Source: Octopus vulgaris (Eukaryota). Taken from it: DNA of 64,000 bases. Shown here piece by piece: positions 14,067-26,857 of the stretch. Each line of letters begins with the position of its first letter. The first letter of the stretch is position 1. The stretch spans positions 179,552,001-179,616,000 of the forward strand of contig OX597815.1 in assembly GCA_951406725.2 (NCBI GenBank), written 5' to 3'. The position numbers and the translations under genes are program-made. The notes under the pieces are model-generated. The model saw nothing but the letters and a program-made list of their open reading frames with translations, did no database searches and was not told the origin of the DNA.

Positions 14067-14310
14067 GTATGCATATATTCATACGTACAAACACACAAAC
14101 TCCAATTCTAGGAGATTTTCCCCTTTACATTCGGAGGTTGCTGCAATTGAGACTAGACTTTTGTTTACTGTCTCCCGAAGTGGAGATAGTCTTAAGAACT
14201 CAAATATCTATTTTGTATGGTATCTGATGCACCGATATTTGTCCGTCTAACTACCTATCAGGTATCAAAGTATTTGATTCCAACTCTCTATCTATCTATC
14301 TATCTATCTG

Positions 14311-14354
<44 letters not shown>

Positions 14355-14518
14355 ACTTTCTATCTATCTATCTGTCTATCTGAATATTTATTTATCAACC
14401 CATTTATCTTTATCTTTGCCTAGCTGTATTTCTGCCTCTATCTTTTTTAACGTATGAATGTTTTCGTCATTTCATCAGTCAATACGGTTAGAATTTGAAA
14501 TATACGAGCACAAATCAT

Positions 14519-14557
<39 letters not shown>

Positions 14558-15854
14558 CATACACGAATCCATCACGGGAAGAGTTCGTTCTCTTACCTGT
14601 TTTTATACTTCAGTCAAAATGCTAATTTTCATGCTGTTTACAATGTTGTCTGTGAAAATTTATACATGTAGGCCCCATGAGAATCCAGATTTTGAATGTA
14701 GATAGAACTGCAAATTCTTGTGAAGCTCTTAGAAGTTCAATTTGCCAATGCATTTTAGCTTTGCTGCCGTTCACGCTCAATTAGTATCGTGTGTTATATT
14801 TTGCGCTGTTCATTTTCAAGTATACACGTTTCAAAGAAAAACAAATAAACAAAACATTAACAGATGAAGCAGCTTTTGAATTTGTTGCGTCCGTCTGTAA
14901 ATGCAGATGTGATCCAAGCACAATGGTTTTCAGCTTCTCCTCTATTAATTACTTCTAATTGATAATGTCTGAGATTAAGAAGGTGAGCCTGAAACTGGTT
15001 TTAATGCGTACGTCGCGGTCTGTAGGTTGTGATGCTGGTCTGCGGTGGTGACTAGTTGAGTTGACGAATGAAAATGTTTCTTGCGTTGCGTGTAGAAGTA
15101 ACTGAACAGCAAAGCATAAGATTTTATTATCGCAGATAAGGACAAATTGTGTTGGCCTTTTACGGATACCAGCAGCAATAATTACATACTGCGAGAGAGA
15201 TACTGCTTGGAGTTTAAGGCAAGCTTACGGTAACAATTGTGTTATATTCGTGGTAAGAGAGGTTCTTGTCATCTTCCTACGCCATCGGTCTTAGACGCCT
15301 TCCTAGGTCGTCTCGCTACTAAAAATGCACGCTGAACCGGAAATTAAATTTCATGCTGATTGGTCGGTTTCTAAAGCGATCCGTGGAACTATAGTGGTTT
15401 GCTCGTGAAATCCGACCGCGTATCCAGGGATTCGACTTTGAAACACCGCTACACATAATACAACGAACATATGAACTTTCTACGTGATGTCTAATAAATC
15501 GCTTATAAAGCCATTAAGGGATAAATATAAACTAAGGAAGACGAATTCATGTTAAATGTATACAATACGTTATACGAGCTAAGATATTCTGGTACCATTT
15601 ATTGTTGTCGCTCCATCATAAGAACAAACACATATTGCTTTCTATGATTTCCCCTGGTGTTGCCATATTGTATATTAGCTTCCCTGTGTACTCTTTATTC
15701 TGGCAACAGGCATATACGAGCCAAGTACCTCGACCTGATACTGCTGGACGTTTGCTTCACCATTCTCACTCGTATATCGCCGCCCCATTTTCGAAGTGCT
15801 GACTACTGTACGTCAGTGTGATGTAAAACGATTCATTATTTGGTAGCACACTGC

Positions 15855-16205
15855 TTACCCTAACCACATGCTTCCGAATTCAGTCCCACTGCGTAGCACC
15901 TTGGGCAAGTATCTTCTACAATAGCTTCGGGCCGACTTGTGAGTGCATTTTGGTAGACAGAAACTGAAAGAATCCTGTCATATGTATGTGTGTCTTTGTG
16001 TCTGAGTTTGTTGACCACCACAGCTTGACAACTGATGCTGGGCCGTTTACGTCCCAGTAACTTAGCAATTCGGCCCAAAAGACCGATAGAATAAGTGCCG
16101 GGCTTAAAAAAATATACTGGAGTCGATTTGTTTAAACGAGCTTCTATAAAGCAATGCTCCAGCATGACCGCCATTTAATGATTGAAACAAGTAAACGTAA
16201 AAAAA
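15855..16205 (+). mobile_element. SINE family A, 5'-eroded
   Basis: CACCTTGGGCAAGT core and GCTCCAGCATGACCGCC tail. Confidence 0.88.
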
Positions 16206-16509
16206 AGAACATGTGAAATGTCCGAATTGATGAATTCTTACCGGCACGTATTGCCGAATTTTTGGCTTCAAACCGGCTGGAAGAGTTTAATTCTTATATA
16301 ATGGATTTATCATAACTTTAATTTTGATCAAATAGCGAGAGAAAAACTAAACAAAACATTCCCTTGTTGATCAACATTATATTTCCATTCACAAAAGACA
16401 TGTGTCTAACTTTGTGCATGTAATAGAGCAGCAACGAAGACATCACGCTTTGGCATTTGGCAATTAAATATCTGAAGGTGTGAGGCATTTTGCAACAATA
16501 TTTAAACAA

Positions 16510-16910
16510 CGCAGGAGTGGCTGTGTGGTAAGTAGCTTGCTAAACAACCACATGGTTCCCGGTTCAGTCCCACTGGGTGGCACCTTGGGCAAGTGTCTTC
16601 TGCTATAGCCCCGGGCCGACCAATGCCTTGTGAGTGGATTTGGTAGACGGAAACTGAAAGAAGCCTGTCGTATATATGTATATATATATATGTATGTGTG
16701 TGTGTTTGTGTGTCTGTGTTTGTCCCCCTAGCATTGCTTGACAACCGATGCTGGTGTGTTTACGTCCCCGTCACCTAGCGGTTCGGTAAAAGATACCGAT
16801 AGAATAAGTACTGGGCTTACAAAGAATAAGTCCCGGGGTCGATTTGCTCGACTAAAGGCGGTGCTCCAGCATGGCCGCAGTCAAATGACTGAAACAAGTA
16901 AAAGAGTAAC
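16510..16910 (+). mobile_element. SINE family A, near-consensus copy
   Basis: Near-identical to 60594-61000. Confidence 0.93.
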
Positions 16911-16949
16911 TCATAAAATCATAACAAGTAACAATATTTCCATGCTTTT

Positions 16950-17088
16950 CCGCCGAGGTCGACTTTGCCTTTCATCTTTTAGGGGGTCGATAAATTATGT
17001 ACCAGTTGCGCACTGGAGTCGATCTAATCGAGTGGTCCCCCACCCCCAAAAAAACTTCGAGCCTTGTGCCTAGGGTAGAAAAGAATAT
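16950..17088 (+). mobile_element. SINE family B, 3' part with tail type 2
   Basis: CCGCCGAGGTCGACTTTGCC...GCCTTGTGCCTAGGGTAGAAAAG. Confidence 0.85.
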
Positions 17089-17155
17089 TTCCCTGCTTTA
17101 CCTTGCATATTCTCGATATCAGGTTTGATGTATTTCAAGAATTGTCAGTTTCTGA

Positions 17156-17281
<126 letters not shown>

Positions 17282-17411
17282 TGTCTGTCTGTTTGTCTGT
17301 CTGTCTATTCTGTCTGTCTGTCTGACTATCTATTTACCTACCTCTCTACCTTCCGATCTACCTATCTCTCTGTCTGTCTCTCTGTCTGCTTGCCTATTTC
17401 TATATATATGA

Positions 17412-17545
17412 ATATATAAAATCAAAATACGCAACAAGGATATCCAGAGGTAATGCAGTACGATCGTTTCAAGCAACGCCATTTAATTGAACAATGCAAT
17501 CATTACATCAGTTTAAATGCAGCACAATTCTCAGCTGCATAAAGA
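17412..17545 (-). repeat. PLE-type terminal repeat with long-stem-II hammerhead-like fold (core altered)
   Basis: Minus strand ATGCAG-CTGAGAA-[long hairpin]-GAAAC-GATC-GTA-CTGCAT, with a perfect 6-bp stem I. Confidence 0.6.
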
Positions 17546-17696
17546 CATAGAATTAAATTAAATTAAAACAGATGGACACATTAGTATATTTTATCTAAGA
17601 CCGCCAAGAATGTAAGGAGATAGACAAAGAACATGTGGTTTTCGCTTCAGCTTAGAATTGATGTAATGATTGCATTGTTCAATTAAATGGAGTTGC

Positions 17697-17799
17697 TTTC
17701 GGCTGATATACCCTTCAGCCTTCATCAGGTGTCTTAGGGAAAATTTCGAAACTGGTTTCTAATTCCTAAAATATTTTTCGATGTTGTTGTTGTTGTTGG

Positions 17800-17859
<60 letters not shown>

Positions 17860-17885
17860 CATTATTATTATTCAGGTCACTGCCC
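17697..17885 (-). repeat. Inverted partial copy of the tRNA-hammerhead element
   Basis: Reverse complement of 17950-18119: GGCAGTGA-(AAT)n-CATCGAAAAATA...GACAC-CTGATGA-A-GGCTG..CAGCC-GAAA. Confidence 0.9.
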
Positions 17886-17887
17886 GT

Positions 17888-17961
17888 GGGCATATGGCGT
17901 AGTGGTTAAGAGTGCGGGCTATTAACCCCAAAATTCCGAGTTCGATACCAGGCAGTGATTG

Positions 17962-18028
<67 letters not shown>

Positions 18029-18185
18029 AACCACATCGAAAAATACCTTCGGAATGAGAACTCATGTTCGAAATTTCCCCAAGGCACCTGAAGAAAGCTG
18101 GAAGGTATATCAGCCGAAACGTTGCGTTAACAACAAACAAGATGAGGACAAATATCCGTCAAATGTAAATAACGTAAATAATGTC
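17888..18185 (+). mobile_element. tRNA-headed short element with minimal type-I hammerhead motif (candidate Penelope-dependent SINE)
   Basis: A box TGGCGTAGTGG 17895-17905, B box GAGTTCGATACC 17938-17949, (AAT)n spacer, CTGAAGA 18088-18094, stem II GCTG/CAGC, GAAAC-GTT 18116-18123. Confidence 0.75.
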
Positions 18186-19196
18186 CGAGGCTATAGTAGA
18201 AGACACTTTCCCAATGTGCCGTACATTGGAATTGAACTGGGTACCACTGAATCCAAGCCCATATGGTCGAAGAGCTAATCCCACGCTCCAGTTGTTAAGC
18301 AATTAATCATCAACCCGACTTGCAACTGCAAGATTGAGCTGTAAGAATTTATAACTGTAATATATATAGCTGTAAGCATTCATAACTGCAAGATTTCGAA
18401 TCGTGTCTTCAAGATTCCGAAGTGGCTGTCTTAACATGATTGTCATGTTTGAAAAATGTTTCTTTTGACAGAATGCTAAGTTGGAAAATTTTCTTTGATT
18501 AGACACTAGCAGGTTCATTAAATATTCATAAGATTCCGTTAAATAGATGCCATTAGAATAAATATCCGCTGTTAAAGACACAATGAAACCTCTTTAATCT
18601 ATGGACTGCTAGTCTTATGCATGATCAACTGGCTTTATAACTATTGAAATTATTGTAATGAACTTCCTACCGTTTATACTTTTTGACCTTAAGCAGATCA
18701 AGATTTTATGGGTACAATTAATTGCTATTTAAAATTAATCGAAAACGTGTATAGCATTCAAATATCAGAAAATTAATTTCGTGGTTGCAATAGGACAGTA
18801 ATATTTATAGACAGAAGTCAGAAGAGTGATAATGTGCGATATAGTATACGATACTGTATGTTTTTAAATCATTTAGTCTCGTCCGTCTAAACTCTTTATT
18901 AAAATCTCAGACAAGTAGATTTCCTCCTTGCACACACCAAAAGATGAGGTTCATTTTTCTATCACCTTTTACACTTCAGTCCTACTTTAACCGAATATCG
19001 ACTGTTACTTTAACTCAATTTCATTTTGTCCTACAACTGTTATTTCATTTCCTTTTCCCGATGCCTTGCCTTCCAAACACTTATGATCTTAAGGGAACAT
19101 TTAATCCCAGTAGTCACTGTTTAAAAATTTATTATACAGGGAGTCGAACCTAACATAAATCAAAGCGATTTGTTTACCTTAATTATATAAATATAT

Positions 19197-19390
19197 TTCT
19201 TTCTTTATTGCCCACAAGGGGCTAAACATAGAGGGGACAAACAAGCATAGACAAACGGACTATTTAATCGACCCCGAAAGGATGAAAGGCAAAGTCGACC
19301 TCGGCGGAATTTGAACTCAGAACGTAACGGCAGACGAAATACGCCAAGCGTTTCGCCCGGCGTGCTAACGGTTCTGCCAGCTCGCCGCCG
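19197..19390 (-). mobile_element. SINE family B
   Basis: Family B head and tail with an internal deletion; TSD ATTATATAAATATAT. Confidence 0.9.
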
Positions 19391-19599
19391 TATTATATAA
19401 ATATATTCTCTGACAAACATCTAGCTGATGATAGTTACCAAAATTAATTTATTTTTAAAAGTTTTTACACAAAGGACATTAAACATTAATACTGATTTCA
19501 AATTTTGGCACAAAGCCCCCAGCAATTTCAGGGGAGAGGAGGTAAGTCAATGTAACGGATCTTTACCTTTTGATCTGTGATTTAAAAAATAATTTTTTG

Positions 19600-20760
19600 T
19601 AACTAAACATTTTCAAACATCGGACACTGGTTGAATGTGTCATATAAAACATCTTTTGTTTTAGTTGTTGTCCCCAGAAACACGAGAAGGAAATAACAGA
19701 AAGAGAAATTCAAGAAGGAAGAGAGTACATCTGTTGAGAAAGAGAAAACGGAGGAGCCATTTACGGCGGTGGAAAGATAAAAAGAACTTAGAATCACCAC
19801 CAAAAAGCCCCAATGAGAAAAAAAAAAGAAAGACAAAAGAAGAGGAGAATAAGAAAGAAAAGAGAAGAAATGGAAAAACCAAATGAAAGATCAAGTGAAA
19901 TGCGAACGCACGAACCGTCGCCTTCAACTAGCAAGGAAGAGGGGGTACGAAAGAAGGAAGGAAAAGAAAGAGACAGCGAATTAGAGACAGAGATATTTAT
20001 GAAGGACAAAGAGAGTGGTAAAGGATATCAGAGAACGAAACGGACAGGGAGAAACTTAAGAAGCCTCATAGTATATGAAAAAAACGTTGAAATTGAAAAG
20101 AGAGTAACAAAAAAATGAAAAATATTATCAGAGTGAAAATGGCAAACCATGAAAGTAAGAAGGGTGTGCTGTTGGAGAGAGAAAGAGGGGAGTGGTTGGT
20201 AGAACTATTTGGGGGTAAAAAAGAGTTGAAATGACACCGTTTCAGTATATATTTCTTTACTACCCACAAGAGGCTAAACACAGAGGGGACGAACAAGGAC
20301 AGACAAACGGATTACGTCGACCCCAGTGCGTAACTGGTACTTAATTTATCGACCCCGAAAGGATGAAAGGCAAAGTCGACCTCGGCGGAATTTGAACTCA
20401 GAACGTAACGGCAGACGAAATACAGCTACGCATTTCGCCCAGCGTGCTAACGTTTCTGCCAGCTCACCGCCTTAACACTGTTTCAGTATAGATGCAACGA
20501 GATGGTGGCTGTTGTATTTTTTTAATATAAAGCAGCATTTGTTGTAATTTTGTGTTATGGAAAAGATACAAGACTGTAAAAGACAGCAAAATGGAACTAC
20601 CTACTTTGGTGGGTAGGAAAGCCATTTCATTCTCATTTTAATTATATTCATAATTCATCCGATATGTATTTTCATGTACTCCAATGTAGTGCTTTGTCTG
20701 TCCTTGTGCTGTCCCCTCTTTGTTATGTTATAGCCGTAGTGCCAAAATAAAGAAAGTAAA
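19600..20760 (+). mobile_element. Decayed purine-rich LINE-like remnant (ORF1-like), interrupted by a SINE
   Basis: Strongly A/G-skewed Lys/Glu-rich broken frames. The 3' end (20692-20760) resembles the SINE B tail. Confidence 0.4.
20250..20474 (-). mobile_element. SINE family B
   Basis: Full length; 16-bp TSD ACAC(C/T)GTTTCAGTATA at 20234-20249 and 20475-20490. Confidence 0.95.
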
Positions 20761-20794
20761 GTTGTCCATTTGGATCCTGGTAGCTATGGTTTGT

Positions 20795-21022
20795 TTCTTT
20801 ATTACCTAGAAGGGGCTAAACACAGAGAGGACAAACAAGGACAGACAAACGGATTAAGTCGATTACATCGACCCAGTGCGTAACTGGTACTTAATTTATC
20901 GACCTCGAAAGGATGAAAGGCAAAGTCGACCCCGGCGGAATTTGAACCCAGAACGTAACGGCACACGAAATACGGCTACGCATTTCGCCCGGCGTGCTAA
21001 CGTTTCTGCCAGCTGGCCGCCT
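20795..21022 (-). mobile_element. SINE family B
   Basis: Full-length copy nearly identical to 20250-20474. Confidence 0.93.
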
Positions 21023-21168
21023 TTCTGGAAGATATGATTGCCTGTGTAGTTTATGCACTTTGTGTTAGGCATTTATGGATTTATTTTATGCTCCAGGAAT
21101 TCGCCAGAACTTTTGTCAAATTTAAAATAATTTCTGTATCACATCTGGGTGAGTACAAAAAAAATCTC

Positions 21169-21587
21169 ATATCTTTTCGGTTTGAACGAGTTTTTAACAT
21201 AATTTCTAGGTAAATAAAAAATTTTAAACTTCGTATATTGGTAGACTGTGTTTATAAAACATCTTTTTCTCTTGGCTTTCTTGAGAAAATTCTATAGTTT
21301 GTAAGATATTTGGTCTTTAATTTCTTGCATTTCGGCAATTTCCACCAATCAATGACCGTCTATTGAGGTGAAAACATTCTGTGCCGTATGAATATGTCCC
21401 TCGTTTAAGAAACATATTGGGTTTATTTACATTTGTGAAGAAAAAAAGATACCCTTCTCCCCACCCTTAACCCTAACTAACCCTAAAACAGATTGAAATG
21501 CAATAGATCGATTCTAGGGTCATAATTATGAGTGACAATTTCATATGACACCGCTAGAAAAAGCTGCCGTTCAAACCGAAAAGATCC
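21169..21587. mobile_element. Non-autonomous DNA transposon with 8-bp TSD (Merlin-like GG terminus)
   Basis: TIRs ATCTTTTCGGTTTGAACG / CGTTCAAACCGAAAAGATCC; TSD AAAATCTC at 21161-21168 and 21588-21595. Superfamily is inferred. Confidence 0.85.
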
Positions 21588-22434
21588 AAAATCTCTTAAG
21601 TTATGTTATAATATTTATGTTAATTATGAACCCTTCATTTGTGGCAGGATGTGTAGTAATTTTGCTAACTATTTTCTGTTAAGATATTGTTAAAATTTGT
21701 ATAAATAGCTAAAGGGTGTATGAATTAATATTTCATGTAGTCAAATCTTTGTATTAGACAACTAACTATAAATTTTGCCTTATGGTTACTCAGCAAGCCT
21801 TGGATGAAGCAGTTTTGTGTGAATTTAAAACAAACTAGATTTTTTTGTTTGACGATTTAATTTTTCTTAACTATAATTATTGATGTAGTCTGGCAGCCGT
21901 TTTGTGTCATGAAATTTTAGTTTAAATAGTTGCTTTGACATTAGATTTAATTATGTTTAGGTCCAAGGTTCGACATTCAAGGTTCGAAACCCAAGGTTGA
22001 ACACCGAATTGATAATTAGATTTTATGAAGTCAAGGTTCAAAATCCACTGTCAAAATCCGAGGTTCGAAAACCGAATTTGTACAAAAATGGAAATCCGGA
22101 TTTTACGAAATCCCAAATTTTGGGAATGCTTCATCTATAGGTCCCTTTTGAAAAACCAAATTTGTATGAGGCTAATTCTGGTGAAACCAAAAACCGAGAT
22201 AGGGAGTTCGAATTTCTGAACTGTGTAATATATGTTACCTTAGAAATTTTTGAATGCACGTCTGGTGTAGCATTTGCTTTTTTTTTTTTGTGTAAATATT
22301 TGTATGTAAGCTGTTTTTATGCTATTAATATTTTACAAAAAATTCAGGGTGTGGTGCTGTTTTGAATTCACCCTATCCACATTGATTCTGTAAATTCTGG
22401 TTTTGGCCACCAGGTTGTAACAATATATATATCT

Positions 22435-22670
22435 ATGTGAGTGTGTCTTTGTGTCTATGTCTGTTCCCTCTTTGCCGCTTGTCAACCTGTGTTGGTGCGC
22501 TTATGTCCCCGTAACCTAGCAGTTCGGCAAAAGGGACCTATAGATGAAGTATCAGGCTTAAAAAATAAGTACAAGGGTTGATTCATTCGACTAAAAATTA
22601 TTCAATTCGGTGCTCCAGCATAGCCGCAGTCTAATGACTGAAACAAATAAAAAGACAAAAAGAAAAAGAA
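22435..22670 (+). mobile_element. SINE family A, 3' half
   Basis: GTCCCCGTAACCTAGCAGTTCGGCAAAAG...GCTCCAGCATAGCCGCAGTCTAATGACTGAAACAA. Confidence 0.85.
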
Positions 22671-23646
22671 AAAGAAAACCCCTCCAACCCAGCTTGGCTC
22701 TGCTTTTTATAGAATACTTCAGTGAACGTCCAGAAAAATCATGTCGTGTAGACGACGAATGCTAAAAAGCATCGGAATTCAGACTGCTTCTTCCACTGAT
22801 AACTGATACACAACCCGTCAGATCTTTGCGACTTTACTGGCCGTTTGGGCAGTATTATTCTAGCTTGGAATTGATTGATTTTTGGTCTGACACTGGGTGG
22901 TTGACTAGCTGCCACTGATAAGCAATACATTGAAATCACGGGGTACGTTAATGCCAACCGCCGGTGCTGACGAAATTTCGTCGACTGATAATAATATTTC
23001 GATGCCGCTCAGCATTTGTCATCTTATAAGTAAAGGTTCATTGCTTTTGAATGTTCTACTTGCTCACTTTCGTCAGATTCGAAATAAAGACAAACAATAA
23101 TTTATATATCCCACTTAACCGACATATCCTCGAAATTTTTTGGACGCTGTTTATGACTATAAACCAATTAAGATAATTGCTTGAAATAACAATGTTGTTT
23201 TGACATTTTTGCTCCTCGAATGCCCGTTATATTTCTGATTTATTTATAAACTGGAATGTTCTTTTTAAAATATCGCTTATTCATCATGTTTGTTAGGGAG
23301 CTCAACATCAAGGTTTTACGTTGCCTATTTGTATCTGTTTGAAGTTTTACCTGAGGGTTGGGGGTTTATGCTATGATGTAATCTATGTATACACCAATAA
23401 AATTTAACGAAACACCTGTCGTAAATTTTAGACCCATTTGTGTTCTTTTTATACCTATGGTGCAACTGGAACCAAACCCGGGTCGGATATACGGTTTAAA
23501 TTGGATTTGGTACTTGCATATCTACATAGCTACGGTATTCTACTAACGCATGATAATACCTCATGGTTGTTTTACCACACTGCGAATGCTATATTACGGT
23601 ACCTGGCCACGCCCTACGCGTTGATACGCCTAAAATCTAATGAGTT

Positions 23647-23724
<78 letters not shown>

Positions 23725-23904
23725 CGCGTGTATATATATATTTCGTGTTTGAATTTTGTTTGCAAGATGTTTTATGTGACTATTGAAAAGATTGCAAAAC
23801 TCAAGGAAAATTTTAGGAAAAATATATGAGTGGAAACTTTACCGGTGAGTGTGTTAAAATAACTCTTCCCAGATATAACAATATGTTATATATATATATA
23901 TACT

Positions 23905-24100
23905 TCAAATTTACAGAAAGACAAAAGTTGAAGACAGGCGTAGGAACAACAAACAGGTGTATTAGTTTAACGCTCGGGAAAAATGGAAAAGTTTTTTACG
24001 TTTCGAGCTTACGCTCTTCGACAGGAAGGAATAAGAGGAAAAAAATTAAAAGAGAATATGAAAAAATCTGAGAGAAAAACTGTAGAGTTCAGCGATACCG
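23905..24100 (-). repeat. Family D short repeat with variant hammerhead fold
   Basis: Minus strand CTTC-CTGTCGA-A-GAGC-GTAA-GCTC-GAAAC-GTA; homologous to 27580-27770 and 55110-55272. Confidence 0.8.
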
Positions 24101-24196
24101 GGCGATATGATTGGAAAAAAAAAAGGTTGAATGAAAGACAGATAATAATGGTGATCCCAACAAAATTAGGTGCGCAAGCGTGTATGTTTATGTGTG

Positions 24197-24249
<53 letters not shown>

Positions 24250-24390
24250 GGGGTGATTCTTGATAAATCTTAATTAGTACTTTCGTCTCATTCGTTGAGA
24301 CTCATAAGAGATGCGTTTTACATAAGATTTTTGAGGTCCTTTTATACAAATCTGGAAGAGAATGTTTTTTTGTTTTGTTATTTATATGTA

Positions 24391-24442
<52 letters not shown>

Positions 24443-24983
24443 CATATATATATATATATACATATATATATATGCGTGCATACATATGTGTGGGCATCTA
24501 TGTGCCTGAATGTATGCTTCCGCAAGCATGAGTGTGTGTGTGGTGAAACTTTAGACGGACACACAAAAGAAAGAGAAAAACGGAAGGAAGTAAGAAGAGA
24601 AAGAAAGGACAAGAAAGCAGGAAGAAGGTTAGGAAAGAAAGAAGAGAGGAAGACAAAAGAAAAGAAAGCAGAAAGAAATAGAAAAGGAAGAAAAAAAAGA
24701 GAGAAATGGGTATCTTTCTTTTTTCTTTCATTCTGCGAGATGACTTTCATCGTATTTTCATGGTCACTATTTTTACAGATGTAATTTTTTTAAGAGGTAA
24801 TTTTAAGAGGTAATTTTTTTCTCAAAGTAAAGGAGAAAGAAAGAAAGACAAGGGCAAGAATGAATGAAAAACGAAAAGGGAAACGAAAAGAAAGATAGAA
24901 AGGAAGGAAGGAGATTGTTTTCAATCTTATTCCTGTGGTCATCCTGTTAATTCCAGTGCACTTGGTAGTCATTGATTTTGAAA

Positions 24984-25027
<44 letters not shown>

Positions 25028-25209
25028 ATCTCCCTCTCTCTCTTCTATACATATTAACATGTGTGTAAATATACACATCCATCCCTCCATCCACACACAC
25101 ACGCACGCACATATATGTATTATTCATACACACATTGCATACACACAGAGACAGACACATACACACGCACACATACACGCTTACACACATCTGTATGAAT
25201 TCTTTTTTT

Positions 25210-25608
25210 ATTCTTTTATTCTTTTATTTGTTTGTCATTTGACTGCGGCCATGCTGGAGCACCGCCTTCGGTCGAACAAATCGACCCCAGAACTTATTCT
25301 TCGTAAGCCTAGTACTTAATTCTATCGGTCTCTTTTGCAGCACCGCTAATTTACGGGGACGTAAACACACCAGCATCAGTTGTCAAGCGATATTAGAGGA
25401 ACAAACACACACACACACAAACATATATATATATACATATATACGACGGGCTTCTTTCAGTTTCCGTCTACCAAATCCACTCACAAGGCTTTGGTCGGCC
25501 CGAGGCTATAGTAGAAGACACTTGCCCAAGGTTCCACGCAGTGGGACTGAACCCAAAACCATGTGGTTTGTACGCAAGCTACTTACCACACAGCCACTCC
25601 TGCGCCTA
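25210..25608 (-). mobile_element. SINE family A
   Basis: Full-length reverse complement of the consensus. Confidence 0.93.
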
Positions 25609-25619
25609 TGTATATATGA

Positions 25620-26400
25620 TTTCTATCTTGTCTATTTTTCCTCGTATTTCTCCCCATGTATTCGTCCATCTTGGCTATCTAGTATTTTGGGCTGATGGTT
25701 GTCTTCTATATTTTGTAAATTTGTTTGTGGTAGAATTATATTTTGGCATTGCTGGGTATAGGTTTCTAGCTTGCATTTAGGATGATGTTGAGGCCATATG
25801 TTTGTGGACGACTGGAGGTCTGATACTTTGTCTGATTCCGCTGGGCTCGATGTCTCTGTTTCGTTTTGATTTTTCTGTATTTTCTCATTTTGATTTTGTT
25901 TCATAATGGATTCGTCTCTATAATATTTTTCGTAATCAGTGAACCACACTTGATTTTGTGGATTTTTTTCTCTTCTCGTTTAGTTCTTCTTGTTTCTATA
26001 GTTGTAGTTTTTCCTGACTTTGATTGTCACTTCGTTCAGAGATTTCAGCAAACTTGACTGCATCAGTTGTTTTAAGTTTTTCTTCATATCGTACTTTTCG
26101 TGATTGGGGAAGAGAAATTTCTGCTTTTAGACGGCATAATGCTAAATTTGCACGTAACATTCTTTTTTCTAGCTTTTCACCATTCACTTCTTAAATGAGG
26201 CATGGTCTTCGGAGAATTGGGTTTTCTTTGTTTCGCCAACTTTCAAAGTTGTTGGCTGTGTTGTCCCGTCGAATGATTTTCCAGTATGCATGCTTGCTTA
26301 GATTCACCAGTTTATTCTGGAGTTGTTGTTTCAATATATTTTGCTTTTGTTTATCAAATTTTGTTCTTTCTTGTGAATTTTCTTTGAAATAGGAGTAACC
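25620..26400 (-). repeat. Decayed strand-skewed coding-like remnant (possible LINE ORF1)
   Basis: Broken A-rich Lys/Glu/Gln-rich frames on the minus strand; no diagnostic motif. Confidence 0.3.
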
Positions 26401-26790
26401 AACATGTTAGAGCCTGTATCGCTGGTTCTTATCACTAGAGAATCTTTAAGGAGAGTATCTTGTGCAAGAGTATTATTCACAGTTTATCTACAGTGGTGAA
26501 AAATTAAGTCGAGTTTTGCGATAAATTCAACTTACTAAAATTTGAAAGTGGATTCTCCTTCAAAATAAATGTAGATATGAACTGGAAGACACAGAGTCTC
26601 ATATACTGCGCAACCCACATCAATTGCAAGGAAAATTGTTTTGGCGAAACCAATTATTCCTTTTGCCAACGTGCAAGAATCGAAAGACAGTACATCAGAA
26701 AAGGATTAACATAAGCCTCTGGAAATATGAGGAGACCTCAAATACAAGTTCCTTCCCTTCTGCAAATGCCCATGTATATGTGTTTACTTT

Positions 26791-26857
<67 letters not shown>

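Noticed and set aside
21961-22075. CRISPR-like repeat array
   Set aside because: Repeats are only about 10 bp, degenerate and irregularly spaced; eukaryotic context with no cas genes.
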